A stretch of 64,000 bases of DNA from Oscillospiraceae bacterium (GCA_031552685.1 JAVBMI010000019.1:2771-66770), one strand, 5' to 3'; shown: positions 30,134 through 39,464, numbered from the stretch's first letter. Notes: generated by a model from the letters alone, not told the origin. Numbers and translations: made by a program.

Positions 30134-31618
30134 GTGGATAACTACATAACTTTGTTCCGGCGTCTGGCTGCGCTGGACGAGGGCGAAGCTGTTCCGATGC
30201 ACATGCCCGGACACAAGCGGAATCCAGGAGATATAGAGTATTTGCAGGGCATCGGAGCTAAATATGATATTTCGGAAATCTGCGGATTCGATGATCTTTC
30301 TGAGCCAAGAGGCATATTAAAAGATGCCATGGAAAGGGCTGCGGAGGTCTTTGGCAGCGAAAAGAGCTTTTTCCTGATAAACGGTTCAACGGGCGGAGTG
30401 CTTTCTGCGGTCAGAGCCGCCTCCGTTGTCAGCGACAGCGGCAAGCTCATCATGGCGCGCAACTCGCACCGTTCGGTGTATAACGCGGCGGAGCTTTGCG
30501 CATTGGAGCCGATTTACCTGTCCGCACCAACAGTCGCAGGCTTTGGTTTTTGCGGCAGTATGCCGCCGAAGGCGGTGGAAATCGCCGTTAGAGATAATCC
30601 GGGAACGCCGGTTATCATAACCAGCCCCACATATGAGGGCGTTATCAGCAACATTGCCGAAATATCTATAATATGCCATATGTATGGCTGTCCGCTGATA
30701 GTCGACGAAGCGCACGGCGCTCACCTTGACTTGTCCGCCCACTTTGTCGGCGGGGCTGTTTCTGGCGGGGCGGACATCGTAGTTCAGAGCATACACAAGA
30801 CCTTGCCGGGTCTGACGCAGTCGGCTATCCTTCATCTTAACGGTGACCTTATAACTCAAAAGGATGTCATCGGGGAACTCTCGGTTTTTCAAAGCAGCAG
30901 CCCCTCGTATCTTCTGATGGCCTCGATCGACGGGGCGGTGGATTTAGTTAAAAACAGGGGAGGAGAGCTGTTTTCCGCGTGGAAAAGGCGGCTTGAGCGC
31001 TTTGACCGCAAGGTGTCTGCTCTGCAAAACCTGAAGGTGCCGGGTCACAGTGAGCTTTTTGAATGTCAGACGGCACAGAAGACCCCCGGATATGTACGCC
31101 TGGGGCTTGCAAACTCCGAGGTATACCGCTATGACCGCAGCAAAATTCTCATCTGCTGCGAGGGCACGGACACTACAGGCGTTGAATTAATGCAAAAGCT
31201 GCGCGAACGCTTCAAAATAGAATGTGAAATGGCGGCCGGGGGCTACTGCCTCGCAATGACAGGTCTGCTCGATACAAACGAAAGTATTGACCGCCTCGCT
31301 GCGGCGATTTGCACTCTTGACGGGGAAACCCGCCGTACGGCACCAAGATTGCCCTTTGTTTTTCCGGGCATGCCCCCAAGGCGCATGAGCGTTGGAGCGG
31401 CTCTGCGCGAGCCCTTCCGCGACATGTCGCTCAGGGATGTGCGGGGCAGGATTGCGGCGGAATATATTTGGTCATATCCCCCGGGCATACCCCTTGTCGT
31501 CCCGGGCGAAGAGCTGACACAGGAGCTTATCGGCAGCTTATTTATCCAGCGCGAAACAGGTATTGCGCTTCGCAGCTCCTCCGGAGGAATGCCGCGGACG
31601 GTCAGAGTTGTCAACTGA
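30134..31618 (+). CDS. PLP-dependent Orn/Lys/Arg decarboxylase family protein
   Basis: PMHMPGHKR...FFLINGSTGG...SIHKTLPGLTQSA includes the PLP lysine motif. It has a GTG start. Confidence 0.8.
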   Translation: MDNYITLFRRLAALDEGEAVPMHMPGHKRNPGDIEYLQGIGAKYDISEICGFDDLSEPRGILKDAMERAAEVFGSEKSFFLINGSTGGVLSAVRAASVVSDSGKLIMARNSHRSVYNAAELCALEPIYLSAPTVAGFGFCGSMPPKAVEIAVRDNPGTPVIITSPTYEGVISNIAEISIICHMYGCPLIVDEAHGAHLDLSAHFVGGAVSGGADIVVQSIHKTLPGLTQSAILHLNGDLITQKDVIGELSVFQSSSPSYLLMASIDGAVDLVKNRGGELFSAWKRRLERFDRKVSALQNLKVPGHSELFECQTAQKTPGYVRLGLANSEVYRYDRSKILICCEGTDTTGVELMQKLRERFKIECEMAAGGYCLAMTGLLDTNESIDRLAAAICTLDGETRRTAPRLPFVFPGMPPRRMSVGAALREPFRDMSLRDVRGRIAAEYIWSYPPGIPLVVPGEELTQELIGSLFIQRETGIALRSSSGGMPRTVRVVN

Positions 31619-31630
31619 GTTGCGCGCGGC

Positions 31631-31659
31631 TTGACATTTTGGGCAAAATAAATTATAGT
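31631..31659 (+). promoter_or_regulatory. Putative sigma-A promoter of the SCIFF locus
   Basis: TTGACA, a 17-nt spacer and TATAGT, about 30 nt upstream of the SCIFF ATG. Confidence 0.55.
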
Positions 31660-31689
31660 TATTCCATAAAAATAACTGGGAGAAAAACC

Positions 31690-31833
31690 ATGAAAAGAAT
31701 AAAAACACTCAACACAAAAAATCTTTGCAGCTCTATGAAAAACGGCGGCTGCGGTGAATGTCAGACCTCCTGCCAGTCCGCCTGCAAAACCTCCTGCGGA
31801 GTTGCCAATCAGGTTTGCGAAAAGAGCAAATAA
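31690..31833 (+). CDS. SCIFF (six-cysteines-in-forty-five) ribosomal peptide precursor
   Basis: MKRIKTLNTKNLCSSMKNGGCGECQTSCQSACKTSCGVANQVCEKSK. The GGCGECQTSCQSACKTSC core is the hallmark of the SCIFF family. It lies immediately upstream of its maturase. Confidence 0.92.
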   Translation: MKRIKTLNTKNLCSSMKNGGCGECQTSCQSACKTSCGVANQVCEKSK

Positions 31834-31851
31834 TCAGTTTAAATGGATTTT

Positions 31852-31891
31852 GAATGCTGCTCGTTCTATCGGGCAGCATTTTCCGTTTTTT
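31852..31891 (+). terminator. Hairpin plus T-run between the SCIFF peptide and maturase genes (partial terminator/attenuator)
   Basis: Stem aatgctgc/gcagcatt followed by ttccgtttttt. Confidence 0.55.
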
Positions 31892-31936
31892 ATAATGCAG
31901 GCGGAGTCTTGCCTTCGCCATCAAATAGAGGTGCTT

Positions 31937-33310
31937 ATGATTCACCAATACAAACTCAACGGCTACAATATTGTGCTCGATGTTGCCAGCGGCGGCGTCC
32001 ACAGTGTGGACGATCTTGCCTATGACATTATCGGGCTTTTTGAGGATACTTCGCCCGATGAAATTGTCCGTCTCATGCTGGAAAAATACGCTGATGACGC
32101 AACCGTGAGCCGGCAGGAAATTATCGACTGTATTGAAGATGTTAACGAGCTCAAAGCCACAGGACAGCTCTACTCTGAGGATATTTACGAGGAGCACGCG
32201 GGGGACTTTAAAAACAAGAGCAGGGCGATAAAGGCCTTGTGCCTCCACGTTGCGCACAGCTGCAATCTGACTTGTGACTACTGCTTTGCTGCGCAGGGCA
32301 AGTACCATGGCGAGAGGGCGCTGATGAGCTTTGAGGTGGGCAAACAGGCGCTGGAATTTCTCATTGCGAACTCCGGCGGCCAAAAAAATCTTGAGGTGGA
32401 CTTCTTCGGTGGTGAGCCGCTTATGAACTGGGAAGTGGTCAAGCAGCTTGTCGCCTACGCGCGCAGCCGTGAGCAGTCCAGCGGCAAGCACTTTCGATTT
32501 ACTCTTACGACTAACGGTGTGCTGGTGGACGAGGAGGTCATAGAATTCTCCAATCAGGAGATGAATAATGTGGTGCTCTCTCTTGACGGGAGACCGGAGA
32601 TCCACGACCGACTGCGCAAAACCGTTAACGGCAGGGGCAGCTATGAGATAATCGTTCCAAAATTCCAGCAATTCGCCGCCGCAAGAGGGGGCAGGGAATA
32701 CTATATGCGCGGCACCTTTACCCATGAGAACACAGAATTTACAAAGGATTTGTTGCACATGGCGGACTTGGGCTTCAGCGAGCTTTCAATGGAGCCTGTG
32801 GTTTGCGCGCCCGACGACCCTCACGCCCTGACAGAGGAGGACTTGCCGGTTCTCTACCGTGAATATGAGATTCTTGCGGAAGAGATGCTAAGGCGCAAAA
32901 AAGAGGGCAGGCCAATCAATTTTTATCACTATATGATTGATTTTGAGGGCGGACCCTGCATCTACAAGCGCATTTCTGGCTGCGGCAGCGGCACGGAGTA
33001 TCTGGCTGTCACACCCTGGGGAGAGCTGTTTCCCTGCCACCAGTTCGTGGGTGACGAAACATACAGCATGGGAAATGTCTGGGACGGCGTGACCAACACC
33101 GAAATGCGTGAGCGATTCAAGGCCTGCAACGCATACGCCAGAGAGGAGTGCCGGGACTGCTGGGCAAGGCTCTACTGCTCCGGAGGCTGCGCCGCCAACG
33201 CTTACCACGCGACTGGCGACATTACCGGAATTTACGAATACGGTTGCAAGCTGTTTCGCAAGCGCATGGAATGCGCCATCATGATTAAAGTTGCGGAGAG
33301 CGAAGAATAG
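31937..33310 (+). CDS. SCIFF radical SAM/SPASM maturase (thioether cross-link-forming)
   Basis: The N-terminus is MIHQYKLNGYNIVLDVASGGVHSVDD. The radical SAM motif is CNLTCDYC, and a C-terminal SPASM Cys cluster is present (CGSG...C..C....CSGGC). Confidence 0.9.
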   Translation: MIHQYKLNGYNIVLDVASGGVHSVDDLAYDIIGLFEDTSPDEIVRLMLEKYADDATVSRQEIIDCIEDVNELKATGQLYSEDIYEEHAGDFKNKSRAIKALCLHVAHSCNLTCDYCFAAQGKYHGERALMSFEVGKQALEFLIANSGGQKNLEVDFFGGEPLMNWEVVKQLVAYARSREQSSGKHFRFTLTTNGVLVDEEVIEFSNQEMNNVVLSLDGRPEIHDRLRKTVNGRGSYEIIVPKFQQFAAARGGREYYMRGTFTHENTEFTKDLLHMADLGFSELSMEPVVCAPDDPHALTEEDLPVLYREYEILAEEMLRRKKEGRPINFYHYMIDFEGGPCIYKRISGCGSGTEYLAVTPWGELFPCHQFVGDETYSMGNVWDGVTNTEMRERFKACNAYAREECRDCWARLYCSGGCAANAYHATGDITGIYEYGCKLFRKRMECAIMIKVAESEE

Positions 33311-33441
33311 AGCGAAATCAACTATCCGCGCAATCCATTAACGGGGAAAGGCGGAGTAAGGCCGGGCATTTCAAACACCTCCGGCGATGTGCGGATTTTG
33401 CCGTAAGCTAAATATTGGACAGACAAGTCATCAATAAAAGT

Positions 33442-33474
33442 AAAGGTCAGCGGAATTTCCGCTGACCTTTTGTT
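33442..33474. terminator. Bidirectional terminator
   Basis: The sequence is aaaggtcagcgg-aattt-ccgctgacctttt. Confidence 0.75.
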
Positions 33475-33510
33475 ATCTGCGCCGGTAACTATGTAGATTT
33501 TCGCTTCCTC

Positions 33511-33795
33511 TTATTCCTCGTACATGGAAAGACGGGTTTTTACGCCGTGCTCTTTGCATATGGGGCGGAACTTCTGGAATAGCTCGGTTTCGGAGTGAGC
33601 CTGGAGGTCTTCGACTGATTCCCAATGCTCAACGAGCATCATTTTAGTGGGGTCTTCGGCGTTAACGTAGAAGTCGTACTTGAGATTGCCCTTGTCATTG
33701 CGTGAACCCTCAACAAGTCCCTCTGCAACGAGAACCTTGAAGAATTCGTTCATGTTGGCGGTATCGCTGATAAAGCTGCAATTGATAACAATCAT
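33511..33795 (-). CDS. Antibiotic-biosynthesis-monooxygenase (ABM) family small protein
   Basis: The product is 94 aa. The pattern GNLKYDFYVNAEDPTKMMLVEHWESVEDLQAHSET is typical of the ABM ferredoxin-like fold. Confidence 0.7.
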   Translation of the reverse strand: MIVINCSFISDTANMNEFFKVLVAEGLVEGSRNDKGNLKYDFYVNAEDPTKMMLVEHWESVEDLQAHSETELFQKFRPICKEHGVKTRLSMYEE

Positions 33796-33840
33796 TTTTA
33801 TTTTCCTCCATTAAAGGTTTGTTAGCATATTCTACCATTA

Positions 33841-33877
33841 AAACAGCCTGTTTGCAATCACAAACAGGCTGTTTTTG
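33841..33877. terminator. Terminator downstream of leuB
   Basis: The sequence is aaacagcctgtttg-caatca-caaacaggctgttttt. Confidence 0.8.
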
Positions 33878-33913
33878 TAATTATTGCAAGTTAAATAATA
33901 GACAAGCGGAGGA

Positions 33914-34984
33914 TTAAATCCTCTCGCAAATCGCCCGACCCATATCGGAGCAACCCAAACATGTTTTGCCCGCGCTCATGGTGTCGCCGGTGCGCAGGCC
34001 ATCCCGAAGCGCCCTGTCAACTGCCGCCTCAACAGCGTCCGCCTCTTCCGGCATATCCAGCGAAAAGCGCAGCATCATTGCCGCCGACAAAATCATGCCG
34101 ACCGGGTTTGCAATGTCCTGCCCGGCAATGTCGGGCGCAGAGCCGTGAATCGGCTCGTAAAGCCCGCGGCTGCCGTCTCCCAGACTGCTCGAGCCGATCA
34201 TGCCGATTGAGCCGCAAATCTGGCTGGCCTCATCCGAGAGAATGTCGCCAAACAGGTTTTCCGTGACGATAACGTCAAACTGCGAGGGATCACGCACAAG
34301 CTGCATTGCGCAGTTGTCGACATACATATGGCTTAGCTCCACATCAGGATAGCCCACAGAAATCTCAGTGACCACCTTACGCCAGAGCTTTGAGGAATCC
34401 AGCACATTTGCCTTGTCAACGCTGCAAAGTTTTTTTCCGCGCTTCTGGGCGGTTTTGAAGGCTACATGGGCGATGCGCTCGATCTCATGTCGCGAGTAGC
34501 CCATGATGTCGCTGGCATATTCCTCGCCGTCACGTACTTCGGTGGTGTGCTTTCCGAAATACGCCCCGCCGATCAGCTCGCGGACAACTATGAAGTCGAT
34601 GCCCTTGTCAACAACCTCTGGCTTAAGCGGGCTCGCGTCTCTCAGCTCGGAGAACAGCTTTGCAGGACGCAGGTTCGAATACAGCCCCATGCCCGCTCTC
34701 AGCGCCAAAAGTCCTTTTTCCGGACGCTTTGCGGGGTCAATTTTATCCCACTTCGGCCCTCCGATTGCAGAGAGCAGGACGGAGTCGGAGGCAAGGCAGG
34801 TTTCCAGTGAAGACTGCGGCAAGGGTTCTCCGAAAGAATCGTAGGCGTTGCCGCCCATGGGAGCTTCCGTGTAGTTAAAGCTGTGTCCGAATTTTTCGGC
34901 GACCTTATCCAAAACTGCGAGAGCCTGCCGCATTATTTCCGGGCCGATGCCGTCGCCGCGGATTATGGCGATGTTTTTTGTCAT
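33914..34984 (-). CDS. leuB: 3-isopropylmalate dehydrogenase
   Basis: MTKNIAIIRGDGIGPEI...NLFGDILSDEASQICGSIGM is the signature motif. Confidence 0.93.
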   Translation of the reverse strand: MTKNIAIIRGDGIGPEIMRQALAVLDKVAEKFGHSFNYTEAPMGGNAYDSFGEPLPQSSLETCLASDSVLLSAIGGPKWDKIDPAKRPEKGLLALRAGMGLYSNLRPAKLFSELRDASPLKPEVVDKGIDFIVVRELIGGAYFGKHTTEVRDGEEYASDIMGYSRHEIERIAHVAFKTAQKRGKKLCSVDKANVLDSSKLWRKVVTEISVGYPDVELSHMYVDNCAMQLVRDPSQFDVIVTENLFGDILSDEASQICGSIGMIGSSSLGDGSRGLYEPIHGSAPDIAGQDIANPVGMILSAAMMLRFSLDMPEEADAVEAAVDRALRDGLRTGDTMSAGKTCLGCSDMGRAICERI

Positions 34985-34988
34985 ACGC

Positions 34989-35495
34989 TCACCCCTTGAT
35001 AGAGGCCATCAGGCCGCCCCTGCTTATCATATCCTTGATGAAATCCGGAAAGGGCTGCGCCTGATAGGTTCTGCCCTTGCTTATGTTGGTGATGATTCCG
35101 GTGTCGAAGTCTATCTCCACCTCATTGCCCTCATCTATATCGTTTGAGGCATCCTCGCATTCCAGAATAGCAAGGCCGATGTTTATCGAGTTGCGATAGA
35201 AAATGCGCGCGAAGCTCTTGGCGATTACGCAGGAGATTCCGCTGGCCTTAATAGCGATAGGAGCGTGCTCGCGCGATGAGCCGCAGCCGAAGTTGATGCC
35301 GGCGACCATTATGTCGCCGTCCTTAACGCGGGTGATAAAGCTCTTGTCAATGTCCTCCATGCAGTGGGAGGCAAGCTCCTTGTGGTCCTGCGTTGCAAGG
35401 TAGCGGGCAGGGATGATAACATCTGTGTCGACGTGATCACCGTATTTGATTGCGTTTCCGTGTGCATTCATTGGTGTTATGACCAGTCCTTTCAT
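34989..35495 (-). CDS. leuD: 3-isopropylmalate dehydratase small subunit
   Basis: The product is 168 aa with [12 protein letters not shown]. It lies adjacent to leuC. Confidence 0.9.
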   Translation of the reverse strand: MKGLVITPMNAHGNAIKYGDHVDTDVIIPARYLATQDHKELASHCMEDIDKSFITRVKDGDIMVAGINFGCGSSREHAPIAIKASGISCVIAKSFARIFYRNSINIGLAILECEDASNDIDEGNEVEIDFDTGIITNISKGRTYQAQPFPDFIKDMISRGGLMASIKG

Positions 35496-35603
35496 ATCTC
35501 AATACATTATGACCTTAAAGGAATGGCCATAATGCGCATGTGGCGCGGTTTCGGCAAAGCCGAGAGCACCACGCGCTTAAATCATGTGTAATAAAGGCTT
35601 GGA

Positions 35604-36872
35604 TCAAGCCTTCACTACCTCCTCTGGATGTGAAATGTGTCCTGTGATTGCTGACGCGGCGGCGACTGCGGGAGAGGCCAGGTACACTTCGCTTTCCGTG
35701 TGCCCCATTCGCCCTACAAAATTGCGGTTTGTCGTGGACACCGCCCTCTCGCCGGAGGCGAGAATACCTGTGTGTCCGCCGAGACAGGGGCCGCAAGTGG
35801 GGGTGGAAACTATGCAGCCGGCCTCCATGAAAATCTTCGTGTAGCCGCGGTCGATGCACTCCGTGTAAATCTTCGGTGTGGCGGGGATGACTATTGCCCG
35901 AACGCCCTTTTTCACATGGCGGCCCTTGAAGATTTCGGCTGCCGCCGCCATATCCTCGATATTGCCGTTGGTGCACGAGCCGATTACCACCTGATCTATC
36001 TCAATGTCTTTTCCTTCAGTCGCCGGATGAGTTTTCTCCGGCAGATGCGGATAGGCAACAGTACAGGGAATCTGCGACAGGTCAAGGTCAATTACTCTGC
36101 TGTATACAGCATCCGGGTCGGCCTCATAGGCCGTCCACGGACGGTCAACACGCTGCGCGACATATGCCCGGGTTGTATCGTCAACGGCGAATATTCCGTT
36201 CTTTGCGCCCGCTTCAATCGCCATATTGGATATCGTGAGCCGGTCAGCCATTGTCAAGTCAGACAGACCCTCGCCGGAAAACTCCAGTGACTGATACAAG
36301 GCCCCGTCAACGCCGATCATGCCGATAAGGTGCAAAATAACGTCCTTACCGCTTACCCATTTCTGCTTTTTGCCGGACAGATTGACCTTAATTGCCGCGG
36401 GAACCTTGAACCAGGTTTCGCCGGTTGCCATGGCGGCGGCCATGTCGGTTGAGCCGACGCCGGTGGAGAAAGCCCCCAGTGCGCCGTAGGTGCAGGTGTG
36501 GCTGTCTGCGCCGATTGCCGCCTCACCCGGGGCAATCAATCCCTTTTCGGGCAAAAGAGCGTGCTCGACTCCCATTTCACCGACATCGTAGAAGTTTTCA
36601 ATGTCGTGACGCTTTGCAAAAGTGCGGCACTGCTTGCAGCATTCGGCGGACTTGATGTCCCTGTTCGGTGTGAAATGATCCATCACCAGAGTTATACGGG
36701 TATCACGGCTGACCTGCGAAAAGCCCGCTTTTTCAAACTCATTAATCGCCACAGGGCCGGTGATGTCATTTGCCAGCACCAGATCCAGCTTTGCTTTGAT
36801 AAGCTGACCCGCAGAAACGCTGTCCAGGCCCGCGTGCGCGGCGAGAATTTTTTGTGTCATTGTCATAGCCAT
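35604..36872 (-). CDS. leuC: 3-isopropylmalate dehydratase large subunit
   Basis: [13 protein letters not shown] and aconitase-family Cys ligand regions ([14 protein letters not shown]). Confidence 0.92.
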   Translation of the reverse strand: MAMTMTQKILAAHAGLDSVSAGQLIKAKLDLVLANDITGPVAINEFEKAGFSQVSRDTRITLVMDHFTPNRDIKSAECCKQCRTFAKRHDIENFYDVGEMGVEHALLPEKGLIAPGEAAIGADSHTCTYGALGAFSTGVGSTDMAAAMATGETWFKVPAAIKVNLSGKKQKWVSGKDVILHLIGMIGVDGALYQSLEFSGEGLSDLTMADRLTISNMAIEAGAKNGIFAVDDTTRAYVAQRVDRPWTAYEADPDAVYSRVIDLDLSQIPCTVAYPHLPEKTHPATEGKDIEIDQVVIGSCTNGNIEDMAAAAEIFKGRHVKKGVRAIVIPATPKIYTECIDRGYTKIFMEAGCIVSTPTCGPCLGGHTGILASGERAVSTTNRNFVGRMGHTESEVYLASPAVAAASAITGHISHPEEVVKA

Positions 36873-36901
36873 AGTTGCTTTTCCTTTCGGCTTCTTGATA
36901 G

Positions 36902-38404
36902 TTATGCCCCGACGATTTTGTTAATGCCGTTGACGTATGCCCTTATTGAAGACTCAATAATGTCGGTGGACAGGCCGCGCCCTGTGTATTCCTCACCCTT
37001 ATAGCTGAGCTTGACAACCGCCTCGCCCATTGCGTCTTCTCCGTCGGTTACCGCGTTAAGACTAAAGCTGTCAAGATTGGCGTCAATGCCCGACATCATA
37101 TCGACAGCCTTGAAAGAAGCGTCAATCGGGCCGGAACCGATGGCGACCTCCTCGCGGATGCCGTCCTCCGTTTTCAGCTTGATGCAAGCTATGTTGGTGG
37201 TGTCCTTGCCGGTTGTGACCACATGGCTGAGCAGCTCGAACGTTGCCTCTACAGTGTGGGTGTTGGCGAAGGTCAGCGCCACGATGTCCTTGTCAGTCAA
37301 GCTCTTTTTCTTGTCCGCAAGAGCCTTGAAGCGCACGAAAATCTCGTCCAGCTCCTCTTTAGTGACCTCGTAACCGAGCTGGCTCAGACGGTCGCGCAGA
37401 GCGTGTTTACCGCTGTGCTTGCCCAGAACCATGGTGTTTTGAGGTATGCCCACGTCCGTGGACTTCATGATTTCGTAAGTCAGGGGGTTGGCGATAACTC
37501 CGTGCTGATGAATGCCGCTTTCGTGGGCGAAGGCATTTGCGCCGACTATCGACTTATTGGGAGAGACGGGCACACCGGTGATATTTGAGAGCAGCTTGCA
37601 GGATTTGTAAATCTGCGTAGTATTAACGCCGGTTTCCGCCTGATAGTACTCGCCGCGGGTTTTCAGGGTCATAACGATTTCTTCGAGACTGGCGTTGCCC
37701 GCGCGCTCACCAATGCCGTTTACCGTACATTCAACCTGAGTCGCTCCGGCAAGAACACAGGCAAGGGAGTTTGCCACTGCCATGCCGAGGTCATCGTGAC
37801 AGTGTGAGGAAATATCCACATTCTCGATGCCCGGTGTGTGCTCACGCAGGTAGCTTATCAGCTCGAACATCTCCATGGGTGTGGAATAGCCTACCGTGTC
37901 GGGAATGTTCAGAGTGGTTGCGCCGGCTTTTATCGCCGTTTCGCAGCAACGGCTCATGAATTCCCTGTCGCTGCGGGAGGCGTCCTCGCAGGAGAATTCA
38001 ACATCGTTGCAGAGGGATTTTGCGTAGGAAACGTGGGTGTTTATGCTCTCCAGAACCTGTTCGCGGCTCATTTTCAGCTTATATTCCATGTGTATATCAC
38101 TTGTTGCCAGAAAGATGTGAATGCGCGGGTACTTCGCGCCCTTCACGGCGTTCCAGGCGGCGTCAATATCACCCTTTGTGCAGCGGGCAAGACTGGCGAC
38201 CGTGCAGTTTTGTACAGTCTGGGATATGGCTTCAACGGCCTTGAAGTCGTCCGGGGATGCGATTGCGAAACCGGCTTCGATAATGTCAACGCCGAGAGCG
38301 TCAAGCTGCCGTGCCATCTCCAGTTTTTCGGAGAGGTTCATGCTGCAGCCAGGAGACTGCTCACCGTCACGCAGCGTTGTATCGAAGACCTTAATTTTTC
38401 TCAT
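36902..38404 (-). CDS. leuA: 2-isopropylmalate synthase
   Basis: [19 protein letters not shown]...[13 protein letters not shown]. The product is 500 aa with a LeuA dimerisation/regulatory C-terminus. Confidence 0.93.
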   Translation of the reverse strand: MRKIKVFDTTLRDGEQSPGCSMNLSEKLEMARQLDALGVDIIEAGFAIASPDDFKAVEAISQTVQNCTVASLARCTKGDIDAAWNAVKGAKYPRIHIFLATSDIHMEYKLKMSREQVLESINTHVSYAKSLCNDVEFSCEDASRSDREFMSRCCETAIKAGATTLNIPDTVGYSTPMEMFELISYLREHTPGIENVDISSHCHDDLGMAVANSLACVLAGATQVECTVNGIGERAGNASLEEIVMTLKTRGEYYQAETGVNTTQIYKSCKLLSNITGVPVSPNKSIVGANAFAHESGIHQHGVIANPLTYEIMKSTDVGIPQNTMVLGKHSGKHALRDRLSQLGYEVTKEELDEIFVRFKALADKKKSLTDKDIVALTFANTHTVEATFELLSHVVTTGKDTTNIACIKLKTEDGIREEVAIGSGPIDASFKAVDMMSGIDANLDSFSLNAVTDGEDAMGEAVVKLSYKGEEYTGRGLSTDIIESSIRAYVNGINKIVGA

Positions 38405-38516
38405 TTTTCGTTTTTCCTCCTATATAGCCTTGATTTAACAAAAATGCGGTGAGGGCAAACATCGGGGAGCTCGCGGGGGCAACGCCCGCCTCGACTTGGA
38501 TGATTTTTACCGAAGG

Positions 38517-38785
38517 TAAAAAAATAAGCCCCGTCTCATATAAGAGACGAAGCATAAACTCCGCGGTACCACTCAAATTGACAGATAAACTGTCCGCTTT
38601 CGGCGTCTTAAAACGCCGCCTCTTTGATAACGGTGAGGAAATCCGGTCACACCTACTGCCATGGGCTTTCAGCTGACTGCTCAAGGGTGAGTTCGCAACT
38701 TTTTCGCATACCGTTTCGCACCGCACAACGGCTCTCTGAAATGCTCGGAAGCTGCTTTGTCCCTGTCACTGCATTTGTGTTATTG
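38517..38785 (-). promoter_or_regulatory. T-box leader, probable Leu specifier (CUC)
   Basis: The minus strand has AGAGA in stem I, a specifier loop GAA-CUC-A (CUC at 38691..38689) and the T-box sequence AATTTGAGTGGTACCGCGGAG. The terminator is gcttcgtctc/gagacggggc plus a U-run. It lies upstream of leuA. Confidence 0.85.
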
Positions 38786-38791
38786 CAATAA

Positions 38792-38820
38792 ACCTTACAA
38801 CATGTTTATGCGTTTGTCAA
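38792..38820 (-). promoter_or_regulatory. Putative sigma-A promoter of the leu T-box leader
   Basis: The minus strand has TTGACA, a 17-nt spacer and TAAGGT. Confidence 0.45.
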
Positions 38821-38922
38821 GGAAAAGTTTCTTCTCGTTATTCCAAACGACTTGCATCCCCCCGGCGGGGACAGGCTCTTTTTAAATGCAACGGGTTGAG
38901 GTGAGGTTTTCAAGCGCACAAC

Positions 38923-38955
38923 GCTTGGGCGACAGCGGGAGCTACGCTCCCTGCC
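38923..38955 (+). repeat. Left arm of the perfect 33-nt inverted repeat of copy 2
   Basis: gcttgggcgacagcgggagctacgctccctgcc is the exact reverse complement of 39398..39430. Confidence 0.95.
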
Positions 38956-39397
38956 TTTCCACGTCAAAACCATTTTACTCGCGCTAAGAGCCGCGCTTCG
39001 CGCGGTTGCGCTCTGTACAGCGCTGCGGCGCTAGTCTTTTTGATGTCGTCAAAAAGAGAAACCGTTTTAACAATTCGAAAGAGAAAAACCGCCTGGGGGC
39101 GTTTCGAGTCGCCCCCAGACCCCCTAACGACCAAAAGGGGGCTGACACCGCCCCCCTTGGATCCCCCTTGTGGCGAGGGACGAAAGTTTTCGTCTGTGCC
39201 GCAGAGCAGCGAGCGATTATGTGGCGCAGTGCTCACCTGCCCTGTGGCACGCTCCGCAGTCAGCGAGCGGACGGTTTGCTTGTTCTAATGGCTTCGGCGG
39301 GGGTTTCCAAAGGGGTTACGCCCCTTTGGGCTTCTTTTCTTTGGAGTGAAGAGGGATTTCTTTTCTCGCAAGAAAAGAAACCTCTCTTCAAAGGGGC

Positions 39398-39430
39398 GGC
39401 AGGGAGCGTAGCTCCCGCTGTCGCCCAAGC
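39398..39430 (-). repeat. Right arm of the perfect 33-nt inverted repeat of copy 2
   Basis: ggcagggagcgtagctcccgctgtcgcccaagc is the exact reverse complement of 38923..38955. Confidence 0.95.
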
Positions 39431-39464
39431 ATTGGAGATTGCTGAGTTTCAATCAAGAACCCTC

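Larger units (their letters stand above)
38851..39430 (+). repeat. Hairpin-rich mosaic intergenic element, copy 2 (variant with terminal inverted repeats)
   Basis: It shares the 5' module, the AGCGAGCG core and (inverted) hairpin modules with copies 1 and 3. It is bounded by a perfect 33-nt inverted repeat. Confidence 0.85.

Noticed and set aside
31754-31936. N-terminal extension of the maturase ORF overlapping the SCIFF peptide gene
   Set aside because: The canonical maturase N-terminus MIHQYKLNGYNIV starts at 31937 after an RBS. The extension crosses the attenuator hairpin and the peptide coding region in another frame.
31733-32758. 341-aa minus-strand ORF opposite the SCIFF maturase
   Set aside because: The plus-strand frame has radical SAM CxxxCxxC and SPASM motifs, so the antisense frame is a shadow.
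35496-35603. 108-nt leuC-leuD spacer with a nested hairpin (gcgcgtgg...tcggc-ttt-gccga...ccacatgcgc) as a possible regulatory RNA or REP
   Set aside because: The stem is imperfect with bulges. There is no repeat of it elsewhere in the window and no U-run. The evidence is insufficient to call anything beyond an mRNA stem-loop.
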